Part shown: positions 31,441 through 33,776 of the stretch, piece by piece
Position numbering within the stretch: the stretch's first letter is position 1
Layout: the number at the start of each line of letters is the position of its first letter
NCBI GenBank assembly: GCA_003231035.1
Contig: QIHU01000122.1
Location: 1 to 33,776 of the forward strand
Reading direction: 5' to 3'
Source of the DNA: Acidobacteriota bacterium
Lineage (GTDB): Bacteria; Acidobacteriota; Thermoanaerobaculia; Multivoradales; SZUA-115
DNA length: 33,776 nt
Translations under genes and position numbers: made by a program
The notes under the pieces: model-generated
Databases searched by the model: none
What the model was told of the DNA's origin: nothing
Seen by the model: only the letters and a program-made list of their open reading frames with translations

Positions 31441-33776
31441 CTAGCTAGCTTCACCCCCGCGCCGCAAGGCCCTCGCTGCCTGCGCCGACGCTCGGCGCAG
31501 CGCCTCACGATCTTTTTCACCCAAACCCGACCCACCAAAACTTTGTCGCAGATAGATCGTGACCACCTCACCGGCGGCGGCGGCGGCGGCGGGGAAGCGA
31601 TGGCCGGCGACCCGCGCCACGGCCAAGGGCGGCAAAGAGGGTTCGACGACCAATCCTGCCCGCTTCAACCGCCGTTTCAAAGAGCGATAGGCACGCACCC
31701 CGTCCTCGCCGTCCGCCCGTTGGCGCCGCCAAGCGAAACCGACCAAGGCCAAGACCAGCAGGAGCAGGCCAAACCGCCACCCAGTAGTGCCCCGCATCGG
31801 GCTTGCCTGCTCCTCGGAAGTCTCCTCCTCACCGGCGGTGGAGGCGGAGGAAGAGTCCGAGGCCTTGTCTTGGCCGAGGGTCGAGAACAAGGACCATAGC
31901 TTCTGCCAGCCGTCGCGCAGGCCGAGAAAGAACTGCATCTGATCGCCGAGGCCGTAGGTGAGCACGTAGCGATCCCAGCGAAACTCCAGATAGTCCCAAG
32001 CCTGGGTCAAGAAATTGCCCAAGCCGTCGCGCGGGCCTCCCGGTCTGCCGCTGGGAGGAGTTGGGTCCAAGATCCTCCAATGGCCATCCAGATAGGCCTC
32101 CACCCAGGCATGGGCGTTGAGCTCGCGCACGATGTAGTAACGCTCGATCGGGTTGTACTCACCACCCAGAAAGCCGGTGACCAGGCGCGCTGGAATCCCC
32201 TCGGAACGCAGCATCAGCACCATCGCCGAGGCGAAGTACTCACAATGACCGCTCTTGAATCGAAAGAGGAAGTCCTCCAGTGGCTGATCTCCCGCCCTGC
32301 CCAGGAAGTCGAGGGTGTATTCGAATTGCGTCACCAAGAATCGTTCGAGCGCTTGCGCCGTCAGTAGCGGGTCTCCCGCCGCGTCCGCATCCGAAGCCAC
32401 CTGTGCCGCGAGAGCCTCAATCTTCGCGCTCAACCCACCGCGATCGAGGGTCGGCTCGAACTCTAAGCCGGGGCTAGGTGGGGCGGAGTAAACCACTGGA
32501 GCCTCGCCCAACCCCGCCCTATATTGGACGACCCCAACGTTGGAGCGCGGCAAAAAGACCGTGCCCGCGGGAGTCAGAACAACCGAGGGGAAGAGGGCCT
32601 CCAAAGCGATCGCTTCCACCGGCAAAGCCAAACGTGATCCCACCAAGGTGCGCAACCAGATCTCGACCCAGCGCTCGGGTTGCACCCTCGCGAGTTCGGG
32701 TGCCAGATCGAAGCGAACGCCCTCGCGACGCAGGAGTTCGCCGCGTTGCGAGGAGCGGCGCCAAACTCGGTTCTCGTAGTAGTTGTGCGTGCCGACCTTG
32801 AACCGCATCTCCCTACCGGAGACCCTGCCATCGTCATAGCGCAAGCGCATCACCACCGAGCGGTTGGAACGCGACAGCCCGATGCTGTCCAAGGTCACTT
32901 CGTCGGTGAAGCCCGCCGCCTCGATCGAGGCCCCCATCCCGGAGCCTCGACCCACGATGAACGGGGCATGCACCCGTGGCAAGACAGCGAACAAAGGCAC
33001 GGAGATGAGCAGAATGAGGACTGTCGAGATGGCCAAGAAACCGCGCAGCGGCACCACCGCCATCGCCGGATCGTCCCTCCCAAAGCGGGTCAGCGTTTGG
33101 AGCAAGGCAAAGCGGGTCAGCAGGAGCAGGGTCAACACCATGAAAACGAGCAAGTAGACGAGGATGGTCGGATGGACACTGGTCGCCATGGCCGTCAGGA
33201 AGAGGAAGAAAATCGCCATCAAGACATGCCACTTGTCGCGCTCCACGCGCAGCGAATACAACTTGGCGATGATCGCGAAGAGCAGTAGATGGACCACCGG
33301 AACCACCATCCGAGATCGGCCGAGGACCAGGAGGTCGAAAACGAAGTAGGGTATGTAGGCCAAACCGACGAGGTTGATCACCCAGGTCGGCACCCACTCC
33401 TCAGGGCGCTGGTGGGTGCGAAGTAAGAAGTACCCGAGGGCGATCACATAGAGAACCAGCGCCGGCCATTCCAGGATCTCGTTGAAGGGCAAGGGTAGAG
33501 GCGCGAGCAGCGCCAGCAGCCCTAACAAGCGGCGTTTCTCGCGACCGAAGCTCATCCCAACGCTCGCCTCGCTCTCTTCCCGCTCGTCGAGCGGAACCGC
33601 CACCACCCCGTCCCCCTCCATGCCAATGCGCAGTTGAGGAACGTCCCCGCTGCCACCGAGGAGGGGTAGGCGCTGCCGTGGCCCTGGCTCGATCAGTGCC
33701 AAGAGTTCGAGCACGGCTAGCCGCTGCCTCTCGCCGGCCGCGAACGGCAGTGACCCATCGCGAGCCACAAACTCCA
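31441..33776 (-). CDS. TgpA-like transglutaminase membrane protein (DUF3488-like TM region, transglutaminase core, DUF4129-like tail); 5' end unresolved
   Basis: Cys-protease-type core SGHCEYFASAMVLMLRSEGIPARLVTGF...NAHAWVEAY. Multiple N-terminal TM helices and a C-terminal TM helix. The frame stays open to the window edge. A plausible internal start is ATG at 33555 (MSFGREKRRLLGLLALLAPLPLP). Confidence 0.8.
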   Translation of the reverse strand, partial: EFVARDGSLPFAAGERQRLAVLELLALIEPGPRQRLPLLGGSGDVPQLRIGMEGDGVVAVPLDEREESEASVGMSFGREKRRLLGLLALLAPLPLPFNEILEWPALVLYVIALGYFLLRTHQRPEEWVPTWVINLVGLAYIPYFVFDLLVLGRSRMVVPVVHLLLFAIIAKLYSLRVERDKWHVLMAIFFLFLTAMATSVHPTILVYLLVFMVLTLLLLTRFALLQTLTRFGRDDPAMAVVPLRGFLAISTVLILLISVPLFAVLPRVHAPFIVGRGSGMGASIEAAGFTDEVTLDSIGLSRSNRSVVMRLRYDDGRVSGREMRFKVGTHNYYENRVWRRSSQRGELLRREGVRFDLAPELARVQPERWVEIWLRTLVGSRLALPVEAIALEALFPSVVLTPAGTVFLPRSNVGVVQYRAGLGEAPVVYSAPPSPGLEFEPTLDRGGLSAKIEALAAQVASDADAAGDPLLTAQALERFLVTQFEYTLDFLGRAGDQPLEDFLFRFKSGHCEYFASAMVLMLRSEGIPARLVTGFLGGEYNPIERYYIVRELNAHAWVEAYLDGHWRILDPTPPSGRPGGPRDGLGNFLTQAWDYLEFRWDRYVLTYGLGDQMQFFLGLRDGWQKLWSLFSTLGQDKASDSSSASTAGEEETSEEQASPMRGTTGWRFGLLLLVLALVGFAWRRQRADGEDGVRAYRSLKRRLKRAGLVVEPSLPPLAVARVAGHRFPAAAAAAGEVVTIYLRQSFGGSGLGEKDREALRRASAQAARALRRGGEAS
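31572..31592. repeat. trinucleotide repeat (CGG)7
   Basis: Direct reading gives cggcggcggcggcggcggcgg. It encodes the poly-Ala tract (PAAAAAAG) in the TgpA-like C-terminus. Confidence 0.9.

Overview
High-GC (about 65-68%) bacterial chromosomal window, apparently from a diderm: it has lipoprotein signal peptides and a beta-barrel protein ending in Phe. The lineage cannot be determined from sequence alone. Coding density is high, and most long ORFs in the track are off-frame or antisense artefacts of the GC content. Left to right, the supported content is as follows. (1) A 5'-truncated triple-rhodanese protein. (2) A Trp-rich secreted protein. (3) A five-gene minus-strand redox/metal operon: outer-membrane barrel with an N-terminal CxxCH, a cupredoxin-like protein, a diheme cytochrome c, an unlisted 54-aa His-Gly-repeat membrane peptide, and a frameshifted small membrane protein. 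(4) A Fe(3+)/thiamine-type ABC importer chained by 4-nt overlaps to an MFS transporter. (5) An initiator tRNA-fMet with a strong terminator. (6) A methyltransferase plus sulfatase-like lipoprotein pair. (7) Housekeeping genes eno, ftsB-like, nhaA and moaA, the last with a structured leader. (8) After a 377-bp AT-rich gap, a translationally coupled operon of ACP, ketosynthase, catalytically dead KS partner (CLF-like), flavin-dependent halogenase and carotenoid/stilbene-cleavage-type dioxygenase. This is the best candidate for an undescribed biosynthetic system. (9) A small-protein/nucleotidyltransferase pair. (10) A serpin C-terminal remnant. (11) A SagB-type dehydrogenase-like gene translationally coupled to a 1168-aa tandem-kinase membrane protein. 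(12) A TgpA-like transglutaminase whose frame runs off the right edge. No CRISPR array, rRNA, transposase or integrase was seen. Two apparent single-base frame disruptions suggest either assembly indels or real pseudogenisation. All family calls rest on motifs read by eye; no database search was possible.
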